A DNA stretch of 63,871 nucleotides, filler included, from Octopus bimaculoides (GCF_001194135.2; 9 parts of 7 records of this genome joined end to end with filler, not necessarily neighbours in it); one strand, 5' to 3'; positions 26,281 to 39,530 are shown, counted from the first letter of the whole stretch. Program-made: numbers and translations. Notes: generated by a model not told the origin, from the sequence alone.

Positions 26281-27578
26281 TTTATCTCCTGAAAAGTAAA
26301 TTAATTGGTGAGATTATCTGAAGCAATTTGAAACAGAAAATGTAAAGAGGCCCACCGATGGCACTCCAACGTTTTTCTACGACTTCATTTTTGTTTACAT
26401 TGCAGAGCACCTGTCATTCTATATTCTCAAATTACACTGATTAGATACAGTTATTTTAACTCTATTATTTTATCATTAACCATCTAACAAAATTTGTTTT
26501 TCTATTTTATATCCAAAATAGCCAAGTTCGATCGTTGCAGAAAGATTTTTTTTAGCTCCATGTATATAATTACACTATGTAACTTTCTGTTCTCTTTGGT
26601 GAGTAAGCGGTACTTCCTATTTGCTTCTGTCTAGAAATCAAAGGAACCGATTAATATTTCTTTCAAACTTTGCTTCGGTGGCCTGGACATCAACGTTTTG
26701 AAACACCTATTTTCCATTACATTTCAGACAGATTCAACGCTGAGTTGCTGAAGCAGAAATATCGTTATAGCAATTATTCTGCTCAATACTACAGATTTTC
26801 TTTCATTTACTTGATCTTAACTACTTGAGCGTGTCTCTTAGCGGCTGACAATATGTGCATTCCTGATTATGAGCAGGAGTAGTGAGAAAGCATCATAATC
26901 ATGTCCTGAAAGGGAGTCATTGGAGTTTGAATAAATGTAACAAAAGCAAAGTTTGATGGAAATATTAGCCATTTTTCATATTTTCTACCAATAAGCAAAC
27001 GGGAAATAATCGCTACCCAAGGACAAAAATCGTGTCACAGTGTTATGGATCAACTGCCTGGATCTAATAAACATGATGGTGATATGCATGTATTGCTAGT
27101 CCCATGACTACATTGCCAATTACACTATAAAATTCCTGTTCTTCCACTACTAAAAGATAAGTACATAGCTTGTATCTAGCGAGCTCATTACTATTTTGTC
27201 TCAAACCAGTGCTTATAATCCCTGGCGTCATAATATAGGGGAATGTGGAGGATGCCGACTACACCTGCTGACACTACGAGAGGCTGTAACACTTGAAAGG
27301 GGTTTTATACATAAAAAAATTATAGATATAATACAAACGTAGCTCAATATATCAAGCGTAACAATAATATTAAACGGTAAAATCAGCATAGTTCGTATTG
27401 TTCCTTACCGAATGTTCATCTTAATTACAGAAAACTATGTAAATATAAATACATATAGGTTGTGCATGTAACAATACTGTTTTGATTAGTAATTTAAACT
27501 GTCGTAGATATTTATGTCACTGCTATGGTTACTACATTTATATATCCGAACGCAAAACAAAACATGATCCATACTTAC

Positions 27579-27690
27579 CTCACCCCTCTGTCCACAAATG
27601 GACCACAATGAAGAGTAAGGATTAAGAGAATTCGCCTTTCTTTCAAATTCTTTCACAACATTTTCGTTTTTGAATCTTTCAAAGTTGAGA
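27579..27690 (-). CDS. Candidate internal exon of an unidentified minus-strand gene
   Basis: Branch-like CTGAC, pyrimidine tract and tttag| acceptor; GAG|GTAAGTAT donor. 112 bp with an open frame (x)LNFERFKNENVVKEFERKANSLNPYSSLWSICGQRGE ending in phase 0. No homology recognised. Confidence 0.45.
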
Positions 27691-28332
27691 CTAAACGATG
27701 TGATAAAATATATAGAAAACACGCGTCAGTTGTATAAATAAAATGAAAGCGCGCAAATATAATCAACTAACATGTTGATGACAAAAAATAGTTTCATAAT
27801 AAAGGAGTATCTAATAGTTCTTTGTTGAGTTGATAGTCATAGGATTGTGATTGTCATTTCTATTCCTATACCAGGGGAATGTGTTGTGCCCTTGAGCAAG
27901 GCCCTTCATTTCATGTTGCTCAAGTCTTCTCAGATGAAATGAGAAACAATCGAGTGCTGGTGCGATTGTACATCTCTCCAATAATCACATCCCAGACGTT
28001 TCGCTGGATCAACAATAGCCTTTGCAGGCCTTCTAAGACTGATTCGATCGATGTGGTCGATAGTCCTATTGAACAGGTGTTGTTGTAGCTGTTGTTTTTG
28101 ATTAAGTCTAAGTTAAACTTGCCTGCACAAAACTAAGATCAAAGTATTACACCTTGATCATGTCTTTTTTTTTTTTTCAAGGATAGAAAATTCGACCTCA
28201 TACAAGGAAAGGAAGATGGTCACGTGAGGAAAAAAAATCAACGATGCTCAAGTGTGAGCAACGAGAGAGAAAGANNNNNNNNNNAACGAGTGAAATACAT
28301 AAACAAGAAAAAAATGGAAAACACACACAGAG

Positions 28333-28373
<41 letters not shown>

Positions 28374-28542
28374 CGGATATAGCAATGTACGTACTTGCCG
28401 GTTTCTTCGATCTTCCATTGATTAGATTCACTCGCACTTAAACAATTTGTGAGGTTAATTTTGGGGTAGTATAAAATATACGCCAAGCACATCTCTTCTT
28501 TTGTAGATTGGCCGCCCTAGTATTGGAATAATAATAATAATG

Positions 28543-28582
<40 letters not shown>

Positions 28583-28687
28583 TAATACAGTAAACATAAG
28601 AGCACCACAGCAAACCACAGCACATACCCAAGGCGCACAGAGCTGCGCTCGGTAGTGAAGTGAAAGCACGTTATAAAAATAAAACTA

Positions 28688-28690
<3 letters not shown>
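28583..28690 (+). mobile_element. Extremely truncated 3' end of the same R4/Dong-like family
   Basis: aatacagtaaacataagagc...ataaaactactgaataat matches the reverse complement of 2453-2560, apparently without differences. Flanked by (AAT)n on both sides. Confidence 0.85.
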
Positions 28691-28734
<44 letters not shown>

Positions 28735-29290
28735 NNNNNNNNNNNNNNNNNNNNNNNNNNNNNNNNNNNNNNNNNNNNTTAATTAATTAANNNNNNNNNN
28801 NNNNNNNNNNNNNNNNNNNNNNNNNNNNNNNNNNTATATTTAAATGTACACTCACATACATAAACACACACACACACACACACACACACGAAGTGAGAAT
28901 GAGAGATTCTATAGTGTCGCTGATTTTCATGCTTTGGCAATATTGCATATATTCAGCTTGAAGTAAAGATATATAAACACACATTAACTTGTATTGAATG
29001 CTTTCTACGTCATGAATAGAGTGCGCGCGTGTATTCAGGCTTACGGAGGACGAAGATACATATATGTGTATGAATGTGAGTGTATTTGTTAGTGTGTATG
29101 TGTGTGTGTGTATTTATATGTGTATTGTGAGGGTGTACGTGCTTGTATGTGTGCGTGCGTGTGTGTGTATTTATTTATACATGTGTGTGCGTGTGAATGT
29201 TTGTGTGTTTGTGCGTGTGTGCATACGTCTATGCACAATTTTAAAATCTTTCCACCATATGTCATTCAGGTCTTAACAAATATGTAAACG

Positions 29291-29333
<43 letters not shown>

Positions 29334-30149
29334 NNNNNNNNNNNNNNNNNNNNNNNNNNNNNNNNNNNNNNNNNNNNNNNNNNNNNNNNNNNNNNNNNNN
29401 NNNNNNNNNNNNNNNNNNNNNNNNNNNNNNNNNNNNNNNNNNNNNNNNNNNNNNNNNNNNNNNNNNNNNNNNNNNNNNNNNNNNNNNNNNNNNNNNNNNN
29501 NNNNNNNNNNNNNNNNNNNNNNNNNNNNNNNNNNNNNNNNNNNNNNNNNNNNNNNNNNNNNNNNNNNNNNNNNNNNNNNNNNNNNNNNNNNNNNNNNNNN
29601 NNNNNNNNNNNNNNNNNNNNNNNNNNNNNNNNNNNNNNNNNNNNNNNNNNNNNNNNNNNNNNNNNNNNNNNNNNNNNNNNNNNNNNNNNNNNNNNNNNNN
29701 NNNNNNNNNNNNNNNNNNNNNNNNNNNNNNNNNNNNNNNNNNNNNNNNNNNNNNNNNNNNNNNNNNNNNNNNNNNNNNNNNNNNNNNNNNNNNNNNNNNN
29801 NNNNNNNNNNNNNNNNNNNNNNNNNNNNNNNNNNNNTTAAATTTAATTTGACATGCATTCTTCACTCCCACTTAGATTTAACAATGCAGAAAAAATACGA
29901 ATGAAATATTAAGAATTTAATGCATATAAAAATATATGCATTAGAAATATAGATGTGTGTATGCGTATGTATGTATGTATATGAGCATGTATGTGTGTCT
30001 GTGTGTGTGCGTATGAGTACGTGAGTGTGTGCGTGTGTGCGTGGGCGGGGTCAACTATATTTGTGCTTATACACGTATATCTAAATTGTGTATAAAAGCG
30101 TAGTCTAATGATTTTAGGCATATGTTGTCCGTATAGGAACTTCAAGGGC

Positions 30150-30560
30150 GACGGTTTTACAAGGCATGTGAGAGGAGCGGGAAAAATATGGCCTTGTGTT
30201 ATTTCCTCCGGCTCTTAATTTTCCGAGTTCAAATCCAGCCGAGAGCAACTTTTCTTTCTTACCACCACCACCCTCACCACCCCACCACCCGGAGTCCATA
30301 AGGTAAAGTTCTAGTCAAGTAACTGACCAAATCCTTCCCCTCAAATCTACAAGCCTAGTAGTGCTTACATTAAAAGAGTAGTGGATTGACAGGGTGACGG
30401 TTCTTTATTTTCTCAGTTCAAATCCTGGTAAAGTCAATTTTGTCCTCCATCCCTCTGGGGTCGATAAAATAAGAACCAGTCGAGTACTGGGGTCGATGTA
30501 ATTGACTAGCCCCATCTCCCAAAATTTCAGGCCTTCTGCCTATGCTAGAGGGAATTATTA
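30150..30560 (+). mobile_element. SINE family A copies
   Basis: ccgagttcaaatccagccgag..., ggggtcgataaaataagaaccagtcgagtactggggtcgatgtaattgac. Confidence 0.7.
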
Positions 30561-30639
30561 TTATTGTCATTGTTATTTACTTTTGATTTGCATGTGTTAC
30601 AATCACTTGCCGAGACACACTCAGCGTCCTAGAACGAGT

Positions 30640-31094
30640 GAAAGATAAGAGATGTTACAGTATGACTTGCGGAGAGGAAGTGGAAGAGGCAGTAGTGAAA
30701 TGTCTTCATGTAATACAGCACAGACATTTAAATTGATTGGGTTTTTCTAAAGATGTGGGCAGTACTTGTCAGCACAATCTTTTGCATTTCTCTGAGACAT
30801 GGTTTTCCTGGGATGTTTTCTAGATGTTTCTGACATCTCTTTCTTATCATACCTAGGGCACCCACAATAGTAGGAACAGTTCTCGCTTTAAGATGCCACA
30901 TCTTTTGTATTTCAATTTCCAGGTCCTTATATTTACTTAATTAGTCAAATTCCTTTACAGATATATTTTTATCAGTGGGAACACTTACATCTATTAGTCT
31001 ACAAGTATTTTCTTCCTCGTCTTTAATGACTATGTCTGGTCGATTACCCTATATCGTTCTGCTATTATTATCATTATTATTATCCTCATCGTCG

Positions 31095-31167
<73 letters not shown>

Positions 31168-31330
31168 TAGTTTTACTGAAAGTTGTTGTAAGCAGATGTT
31201 TCTTCCCACGTTCCGAAAATATTTGATTTTTTACCAAGTACAACTGGAAGACCAAATATTTCTATTGGGATATTTCCAATATGGAACTGCCTTGAACGGT
31301 TGGACGTCTAACCCTACCTGGGGAGACATA
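30640..31330 (-). mobile_element. R4/Dong-like RLE domain remnant interrupted by (ATC)n
   Basis: NRPDIVIKDEEENTCRLIDVSVPTDKNISVKEFD*LSKYKDLEIEIQKMWHLKARTVPTIVGALGMI (PD..D motif). Confidence 0.8.
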
Positions 31331-31899
31331 AGATTTGTCATTTTGTTGACATAAGTATATTTTTCTGCTTCTGTTTTCAAGAAAGCTTCTCGTCGGAAAA
31401 ATACCTCCATCGAAAATTGAAATTAATTATAATTACAGGGAACAATGAAAATTTAACAAGAGATTTAATTTCATAGGAAGGCCCACTCATTATATTTTGA
31501 ACGCATGATACTTTATCATTTAACAACGTCAGTTTAAGCAATTTCGGCGAAATTAACAATACCGATATTTTGCTATACGAAGAAAACAAGACAATTTTTG
31601 TTAGCGAACTTATTGATTTGATTGACACAAGCGAGATTTCAGCAATTCCTTTGTTTGTGTTGCTAGTAACAGAGATGCACTAAACATGAGTGACCTTGAA
31701 GAGAAAAGATCTATGTGGTAGACAACTAACCAAAGAAAACACTTCCTTGCCTGATGTCTTTAATCAAGAACGATCAGCAAATATGATCATATATCTTTAA
31801 AGCAAATGGATTTTTATATCTCCAAAGCGACAACTGGACGTAGTTCTGTCGGATGCGTGGAGCAATATCCTCTTCATTTATCAATGTAGAGTTTATGGC

Positions 31900-34200
31900 A
31901 CCATACATCTGATTTTCCAAAATAAGAACGAGGTTAGAAAGCAGATCGAAACTGTTATCCTTAAGCTAATGTCACAATATATGGGATGGCGCAACCTGTG
32001 GGTTAGTGTGGAAGTCATTGCCGATAACGTTGATGCCAAAGTGACTAGAAATGTTTGTGTGGGCAAGCAGTCTTAAGCATCTTCCAAAACATTGTCGCAG
32101 ACGGGAAAAGAATAGAAACGCTGAAACTGGAGATTCAGGACAGAAATCCTAGCTGCTACACGTGTGGCAGCAAGATCCATCTCAGAGCTTCGTATCAGGA
32201 AGAACTAGAGAAACAGGGAAGAAAACAACAGAGAAAGCAACAACAAAATCAACAGCATATCACACAAATTGCTAATAAACACTACCGGGTGAAGTTCTGG
32301 AAACAGCGGAAGTCATTACCTCATCTTGAATCCCAGTATTCAAAAAATAGAAATCTCCTTCCTTGTCTATGACCAACACCATGATCATACCCTCTTGTGA
32401 GTAACGGAAAGAGATGGGCAACGAATAAGGATAAGATGAATGTCGAAAGAAGTAAAAAGGTTAAAAAGAAAACGGAAAATATATTCTCCTCACACCTAAA
32501 ACAAAACCTAAAATGGAAGGAGCTGATAAAGGATTTGCTACCAGCCATATTCTGAAATCGTTGAGTATTGGAAGAATCGGGTTTGCAGTATTTTTTCTGG
32601 CTCAAATCCCAACGAGGCTAACTTTGCCTTCTACTCTTCCGAGTTCAATCAAATAAAGCGTCACTCCAGTATCGGAGTCGATACTATCGACCAATAGTCT
32701 TTACTCAAAATTGTCTGTCTTGTGCCTAACTTAGAAACCAGGGATTGGCAGCATTTCATCTGTCTTTACATTCTGAGTTCTAATTCCACCGAGGTCGACT
32801 TTGCTTTCATTGTTTCGGGGTCGACAAATTAAATACCGGTGAAATACTGGGGTCGAGGTAATTGACTTACTCCTTCCCCCGAAATGGCTGCTCTTGTGGT
32901 AAAATTTGGTGTCTCTTCTTGCTCGTAAATTTAATCTTTTAATTTGTCTCCAAAAGTTGTTAAATATCTATTTTATTACAAAATGCTTGTTAAAACCACC
33001 ATTGCATAGGTTTGATTTGGTTTGGTCTGGTTTGTTTGTTTGTTTGTTTATTTGTTTGTCTGTCTGTCTGTTTGTTCGTGTCCCTTTCGGGGTGCACTGC
33101 AGCACCAGCTTTGCTAAAAAAAACATGGAAAAGGAAGTAAGAGGTGACTTTGATAGTGAGTTGCAAGACACCTCAGAGTCCTTCGCCTTCTATTTTCAAA
33201 TGGAAGTGATGGGGGTGAGCTCTCACCAGGTTCAACGTGAACCACCCTATTACTATGACAATAAACAGCAGAAACAACAACAGCGACAACACAGCGCGGG
33301 AGTTTAACTCCTACAGCTCGACACCTAGAGAGATACGTATACGTCGCCCGAAAGTGCTGTAGGGCGCTGGACGGAAGGACCGGTTAAATTCCTCGGGGTC
33401 TGGTTTAGTGTGAACCTCCGGGTGGACAAGAACTGAAAGACGACGAGCATGGTGGCTAGTCACAACCAGAAATGAGCGGAGAGGAAGCTTTCCCTGAAGG
33501 GTCGGTCAGAGGACTGTCATTCCTTGCCTACTTTGTGACTGATCAAACTGGAGCGCTCACTGTTCTATTTTCTGTGGAAGAGACGTGTTCTACTCGTCAG
33601 ATAATCCATATGCTGTCAGCAGCCGTGGAGTGGAAAACTGGACCGATGATGCACAGACATACGCTGAGGTTGCAACATTTCCAGTGTTTCCTTAACCGTG
33701 AGCTGGTTGTTGTTTGTCAAACAAGATTTTCTGCAGCTCGTCTCATTGACAGAACTACAGTTCTGGATTAAGCGTAGACCAAGAAAAAGTGCTTAGAACC
33801 TGGAGTATCTGCAAGAGTTCACAACCCTCTGCCAGTCAATCAAAGCGGTCGGTGGAAGTTCAACATTGGAATTCTATAGGGGTTTAGTAGCGGTCAAAAG
33901 CGGCGACATACTCGGGGAAAATCTGGGTATCGGGAGGAATCAATTATCTGGTCTTTTCCAGAGGACTTTCAAGCCGAAGTCTATGGATAATTTCCAGGAA
34001 TCTCTGGCCTGACAGCGTTACCTGGGAGCTCCACCGGTTTGAGACAAGCTCAACAGAAACGGAAGTATTGTCAAATGGTGATGAAACCGTTCTGCATGCA
34101 TTCATCCAATGTCTAGGCATGGCTGACGAGTGGACCTCTGTCGAACAATTGTTGCGCATGTAGGACGGATCTGATTTTAAGCCAGAAGACACTAACCACT
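31900..34200 (+). mobile_element. Degenerate L1/Tx1-like LINE (ORF1 knuckle and distal ORF2), interrupted by SINE A copies at ~32590-32900
   Basis: CYTCGSKIHLRASY (decayed CCHC); PVKFLGVWF and ERKLSLKGRSE are typical of Tx1-type ORF2 downstream of RT. Confidence 0.7.
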
Positions 34201-34292
34201 AAAGGTTTTGTTAACATCAGCACATTAGCTGTCTTTGGGTATTTCCTATTGAGCGGTTTTTCTTGCCATTTAATATTGTCGTTGTTGTTGTT

Positions 34293-34845
34293 ATTGAGTG
34301 AGAAGAGCAGTGCATGCCATCAAAGTGACTCAGGAGTACAAATATACGAAGTCCAGTATACCCATCATGACTACCCGTTTGATAAGGGTACACCAGGCAC
34401 ATGCATCACAACCATATGTGCGTGACATGGTGATATATCAAGATAAACAGCGCATGACCTCGCAGGTGGGGCCCAGTTAGAATTTTCTTCAGGTCGAGTA
34501 ACCCATGCCGCTCAAAAGGTCCTTGAATAAGGTTCGTTTAAGGATGCTGAGCAAAACACCAATGTTTCCAAAGGTGAATTATTCAAACCCCAAAGAATTC
34601 CTCTCAGCACATGGCTATAATGCTCCCCAACTACTTCTGCTCATGATCAGAGATGCACATATCGTCAGCCACCAAGGGACATGCTTAGGTGGTTAAGGTC
34701 AAACAACTGACAAGCAAATCTGTGGTATTGAGCAGAATAGTTGCTGTAGCCCATCTTTTATACCAAGACAAAACAACGTACATGATAACATTTCCAATCA
34801 ACTAAGATCAGAAGCTATAAGAGCCACTGCCTGGCACTGCATCCG

Positions 34846-34929
<84 letters not shown>

Positions 34930-35517
34930 TATTTTTTATTTTTTTATCATTATTATCATTATTATTGAGTGAGAGAGCAGAGCACATGCCATCAAAGTGA
35001 CACAGGGATACAAATGTATGAAGTCCAGTACACCCATCATGGCTACCCGTCCGATAAGGGTATACTAGGCACATGTATCACAACCATATGTGCACGATAT
35101 GGCGATCTCGTACCAAGATGACCTTGCAGATAGGGCTCAGTTAGAATTTTCTTCAGGCCGAGTAGCCCATCCCGCTCAAAAGGTCCATGAATAAGGGTTG
35201 TTGAAGGATGTTGAAACACATTTTTCCAAAGGTGAATTATTCAAACCCCAAAGAATTCCTTTCAACACATGGCTATGATGCTCCCCCACTACTTCTGCTC
35301 ATGATCAGAGATGCACATATCATCAGCCACTAAGGGACATGCTCAACTGGTTAAAGTCAAGCAACTGACAAGCAAATCTGTGGTATTGAGCAGAATATTT
35401 GTTGTAACCCATCTTTTATACCAAGAGCAGAAGCCATGAGAGCCACTGCCTGGTACCGCATCAGGGCATATTGAGCAGGATATTTGCTGCACCTCATCTT
35501 TTATACCAAGACAAAAC
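34293..35517. mobile_element. Two tandem ~550-bp copies of an unclassified interspersed repeat embedded in (ATT)n
   Basis: 34293-34847 and 34965-35517 align along their length. A degenerate inverted copy lies at ~26760-26935. Confidence 0.75.
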
Positions 35518-35577
<60 letters not shown>

Positions 35578-35579
35578 GT

Positions 35580-35770
35580 AAGGGCGCATGACCTAGTATT
35601 TAGGATGTTGCACTCATGATCGCTATATCGTGATTTCAATTCCTAGACTGAGTGGTGCGTTGTGTTCTTGAGCAAAACACTTCATCTCACGCTGCTCTGC
35701 GATCACTTCGACGCCTGACACGTGGTACGCCGAGCACTTGTTCAGACAACATCAATTTGATGGAGAGAGA
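35580..35770 (+). mobile_element. tRNA-derived SINE, family C
   Basis: tRNA-like head then gttgtgttcttgagcaaaacactt core, shared with 53165-53520 and ~27850-28130. Confidence 0.65.
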
Positions 35771-35934
35771 GAGAGAGCTGATGTGCGGCATGAACATTTG
35801 ATTACTAGAAATAAATCATCTGTGCAGGTCGTTCAGCAAAAAACTGAGCACTTATTCGTCGTCTTCGACGCGAGAGTCCATCATTGTTGTTGTTGTTGCT
35901 GTTCGTTGCTTTTTTGACGTTGCTATTGTTTGGC

Positions 35935-35990
35935 GTTATTATTATTATCATCATCATCATCATCATCACCATTATTATCATTATTATTAT

Positions 35991-36032
<42 letters not shown>

Positions 36033-36075
36033 GACTACTACTACTACTACAACTACTGCTGCTGCTGCTGCTGCT
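35935..36075. repeat. Compound trinucleotide microsatellite (ATT/ATC/ACT/GCT)
   Basis: Direct reading. Confidence 0.95.
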
Positions 36076-36288
36076 GGCGAGCTGGCAGAATCGTTAGCAC
36101 GCCGGGCGAAATGCTTAGCGGTATTTCGCATGTCCTTACGATCTGAGTTCAAATTTCGCCGAGATCGATTTTGCCTTTCATCCTTTCGGGGTTGATGAAA
36201 TAAGTACCAGTTATGCACTGGGTCGATGTATTCGACTAGCCCCTCCCCCCTCCCAAATTTTCAGGTCTTGTGCCCACAGAAGAGGACT
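36076..36288 (+). mobile_element. Full-length tRNA-derived SINE, family A
   Basis: ggcgagctggcagaatcgttagcacgccgggcg...ctgagttcaaat (B box)...cctttcggggt..., (ATT)n tail. Confidence 0.9.
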
Positions 36289-36323
36289 ATTATTATTATT
36301 GTTGTTATTATTATTATTATTAC

Positions 36324-36378
<55 letters not shown>

Positions 36379-36402
36379 TTTATTTTTATTANNNNNNNNN
36401 NT

Positions 36403-36495
<93 letters not shown>

Positions 36496-36950
36496 GTCAG
36501 GTCGTAGAAATATCATTACGTCCCGCTTTCAATGGAGAAGCTTTGTGCGGTGGGGGTCGTAATATATGGACGGGGGAGAGGTGCATTAATTTTGTCAGCC
36601 AAATGTTAACCACGTAGAAGCATGCACCTCCGTGTATGTATGCATACGTTTCTGTTAGAATGTGTTGTGTACGGTGATGTGTAAGCGTGTATATGATTCT
36701 TAGTGCGTATATGTATGTCTACATATAAATACATTTACGTACATGTATATGATGCAACACGTGCATGCAAATACTACGCATACACGTATATATGTATGTA
36801 CATATTTACACCCACATATATATATATATATATATACATGTGTACATGCGTATATACATACACATATACATACATACATACATACATATATACATACACA
36901 TATAAATACACACATATATATCATGTGAGTGCATGTGTGCGTGTGTGCGT

Positions 36951-37025
<75 letters not shown>

Positions 37026-37269
37026 GGCAAATCCAAGAACGAAGAAAGTCAGGCAAAACAATAAAAATGAATTAGTCGTACACAGTGAATTAACGTTNNN
37101 NNNNNNNNNNNNNNNNNNNNNNNNNNNNNNNNNNNNNNNNNTTAATTAATTAANNNNNNNNNNNNNNNNNNNNNNNNNNNNNNNNNNNNNNNNNNNNGGC
37201 AGAATTTGAACACAGAATGTATGGACGGACGAAATGTCACTAAGCGTTTCCGCCCAGTGTGCTAACGAT

Positions 37270-37497
37270 TCTTATTTCTTTATTGCCCACAAGGGGCTAA
37301 ACACAGGGGGAACAAACAGGGACAGACAAAGGGATTAAGTCGATTACATCGACCCCAGTACGCAACCGGTACTTATTTTATCGACCCCGAAGGGATGAAA
37401 GGCAAAGTCGTCCTCGTCGGAATTTGAACTCAGAACGTAAGGGCAGACGAAATCCCGCCAAGCATTCCGCCCGGCGTGCTAACGATTCTGCCAGCTC
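37270..37497 (-). mobile_element. SINE family A, inverted relative to 36076
   Basis: Reverse complement of the family A head and body. Confidence 0.85.
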
Positions 37498-37629
37498 TCC
37501 AACCCATGCAATCATAGAAAAGTGAACGTCAAAACAATTATGATAATGAGGAGGAAGATGACAGCAACAATTGTCTCTTCGGTTGAATACCGTTCTAACT
37601 TTGAGGTTTTCTTTTCTCTTGTGTGACAG

Positions 37630-37680
37630 GCTCGTTACAAAGACAAAGGAAATGTAATTGCCGAAGACCAACTGGCTCAG
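37630..37680 (+). CDS. SNF8: SNF8/EAP30/Vps22 (ESCRT-II subunit) internal coding exon, equivalent to vertebrate exon 2
   Basis: 51 bp, phase 0-0, flanked by ttttcttttctcttgtgtgacag| and |gtacgt. Translates ARYKDKGNVIAEDQLAQ versus human SNF8 AKYKERGTVLAEDQLAQ (recalled). Splices in frame to 38822. Confidence 0.95.
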
Positions 37681-37739
37681 GTACGTAACGTGATTGGCTT
37701 TTTCCAGTTTGTTTAAGAATTGTTTCTCTATTATATATT

Positions 37740-38258
37740 TTAACCCTTTCGTTACCATATTTCTGTTGAGATGCTCCATGTTTCTTTCAATTAATTTTAA
37801 CTGTAACAAAGAATTTAGTAAAATAACTTTGTTATCATTAAGCTAGTGTTAGGAACATAAATTGTGACTAAGGTTTGGTGGAAGATTTTAATTCAAAACT
37901 TAATGGCTGTGCGGTAAGTAGCTTGTGTGGCACCTTGGGCAAGTGTCTTCTGCTATAGCCTCGGGCCGACCAAAGCATTGTGAGTGGATTTGGTAGACGG
38001 AAACTGAAAGAAGCCCGTCATATNNNNNNNNNNNNNNNNNNNNNNNNNNNNNNNNNNNNNNNNNNNNNNNNNNNNNNNNNNNNNNNNNNNNNNNNNNNNN
38101 NNNNNNNNNNNNNNNNNNNNNNNNNNNNNNNNNNNNNNNNNNNNNNNNNNNNNNNNNNNNNNNNNNNNNNNNNNNNNNNNNNNNNNNNNNNNNNNNNNNN
38201 NNNNNNNNNNNNNNNNNNNNNNNNNNNNNNNNNNNNNNNNNNNNNNNNNNNNNNNNNN

Positions 38259-38297
<39 letters not shown>

Positions 38298-38547
38298 GTG
38301 TGTCTGTGTTTGTTCCCCCACCATCGCTTGACAACCGATGCTGGTGTGTTTGTGTCCCCGTAACTTAGCAGTTCGGCAAAAGAGACCGATAGAATAAGTA
38401 CTAGGCTTACAAAGAATAAGTCCTGGGGTCGATTTGCTCGACTAAAGGCGGCGCTCCAGCATGGCCACAGTCAAATGACTGAAACAAATAAAAGAGTAAA
38501 AGAGAGTACTACAGAGCCAGAGCCGGGTTTGGCAACGAAAGGGCTAA
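37740..38547. mobile_element. piggyBac-like MITE with nested SINE, in SNF8 intron
   Basis: TTAA-CCCTTTCGTTACCA ... TGGCAACGAAAGGG-CTAA (TIR with a TTAA-like target). SINE B occupies 37904-38504. Confidence 0.65.
37904..38504 (+). mobile_element. tRNA-derived SINE, family B (gap inside)
   Basis: Matches 19612-20003. Confidence 0.9.
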
Positions 38548-38821
38548 CTCAGAGTATTTCTAATGAAATATATACTCTTGGTTGTCTAGAATTAATTTTG
38601 AAAATAATCCACAATTTGGAAAGATTTAATTAGATAGCCGAAGTTTTTAATTATTACCACAACCACCACCACCATCATCGCCACTACCACCACCACTACC
38701 ATCACTTCCATCATCACCACAACCACCACCACCATCGTCGCCACTACCACCTCCACCACCACCACTAATAACAGTAGCAGCCTTCTTACTTTTGCTCTCT
38801 TCTTCTCTTTTTCTTCCACAG

Positions 38822-38960
38822 ATGGCCAAACACATGGAAACGTTCAAAGTGAACTTGGAAGAGTTTGCCAGCAACCACAAAGACCAAATTAAGAAAGATC
38901 CAGAATTCCGTGTCCAGTTTCAAAAGATGTGTGCCTCGATCGGTGTTGATCCTTTAGCAT
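38822..38960 (+). CDS. SNF8: SNF8/EAP30/Vps22 internal coding exon, equivalent to vertebrate exon 3
   Basis: 139 bp, acceptor ctttttcttccacag|, donor |gtaagt, ends in phase 1. Translates MAKHMETFKVNLEEFASNHKDQIKKDPEFRVQFQKMCASIGVDPLA versus human MSKQLDMFKTNLEEFASKHKQEIRKNPEFRVQFQDMCATIGVDPLA (recalled). Confidence 0.97.
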
Positions 38961-39019
38961 GTAAGTTACAGCAGAAGACGTCCCTGCTCTGGTTTTTAAT
39001 GTTGTTGCTGTTTGCATGT

Positions 39020-39530
39020 ATGTGGTCTGACCAATAGGTGTCCGGACTGTTGCCATAGTTACAAAGCTGAAGCATGCAGAATCAAGCCACTTGACACAGA
39101 TTGACCTTGAACTCTGCTGTGCATGGCCACTAAGTTTTAATGTCCTAGCTTACTTCCGCTGTTTACAGCAGTGCTTGGAAGGAAAGTGTGTAGCGTGTGA
39201 TCGTCGCACTGACCATGGCAGAGAATTTGCATCAAATTTTGTCAAAAGCTTGGCGATACCTGCTCAGAGGCCTACATTAAGTTTTCATCATTCTCGACAC
39301 AATCAAGGAGATCTTGTGCAACCCAAGTGTCTTCTTGGTCAGCTGAAAGCAGTTTTGGCACAAACATGGCAGGCACGCGTCTCATACCCAAATCTTCATT
39401 GATAATGGACTGAACTGAACCATAACTAATCTGCACATCCTCTGCTAACTCATGGACGGTGATTTGACGATTTCCCCTCACAGCTGCATGCATATCTGAT
39501 GTTTTTCTCAGTTCTGCTGTTTGCATTAAT
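39020..39530. mobile_element. Second copy of the inverted-junction mariner derivative
   Basis: Same TIR start (gtggtctga...ccggactgttgccatag), same aagttttcatc.ttctcgacacaatc junction as 18135, then minus-strand VHELAEDVQISYGSVQSIINEDLGMRRVPAMFVPKLLSADQ. Confidence 0.85.

Noticed and set aside
31377-31680. Coding-like frames on both strands (LRR-like on minus)
   Set aside because: The plus frame has two stops, the minus frame lacks the conserved Asn, and no family was recognised.
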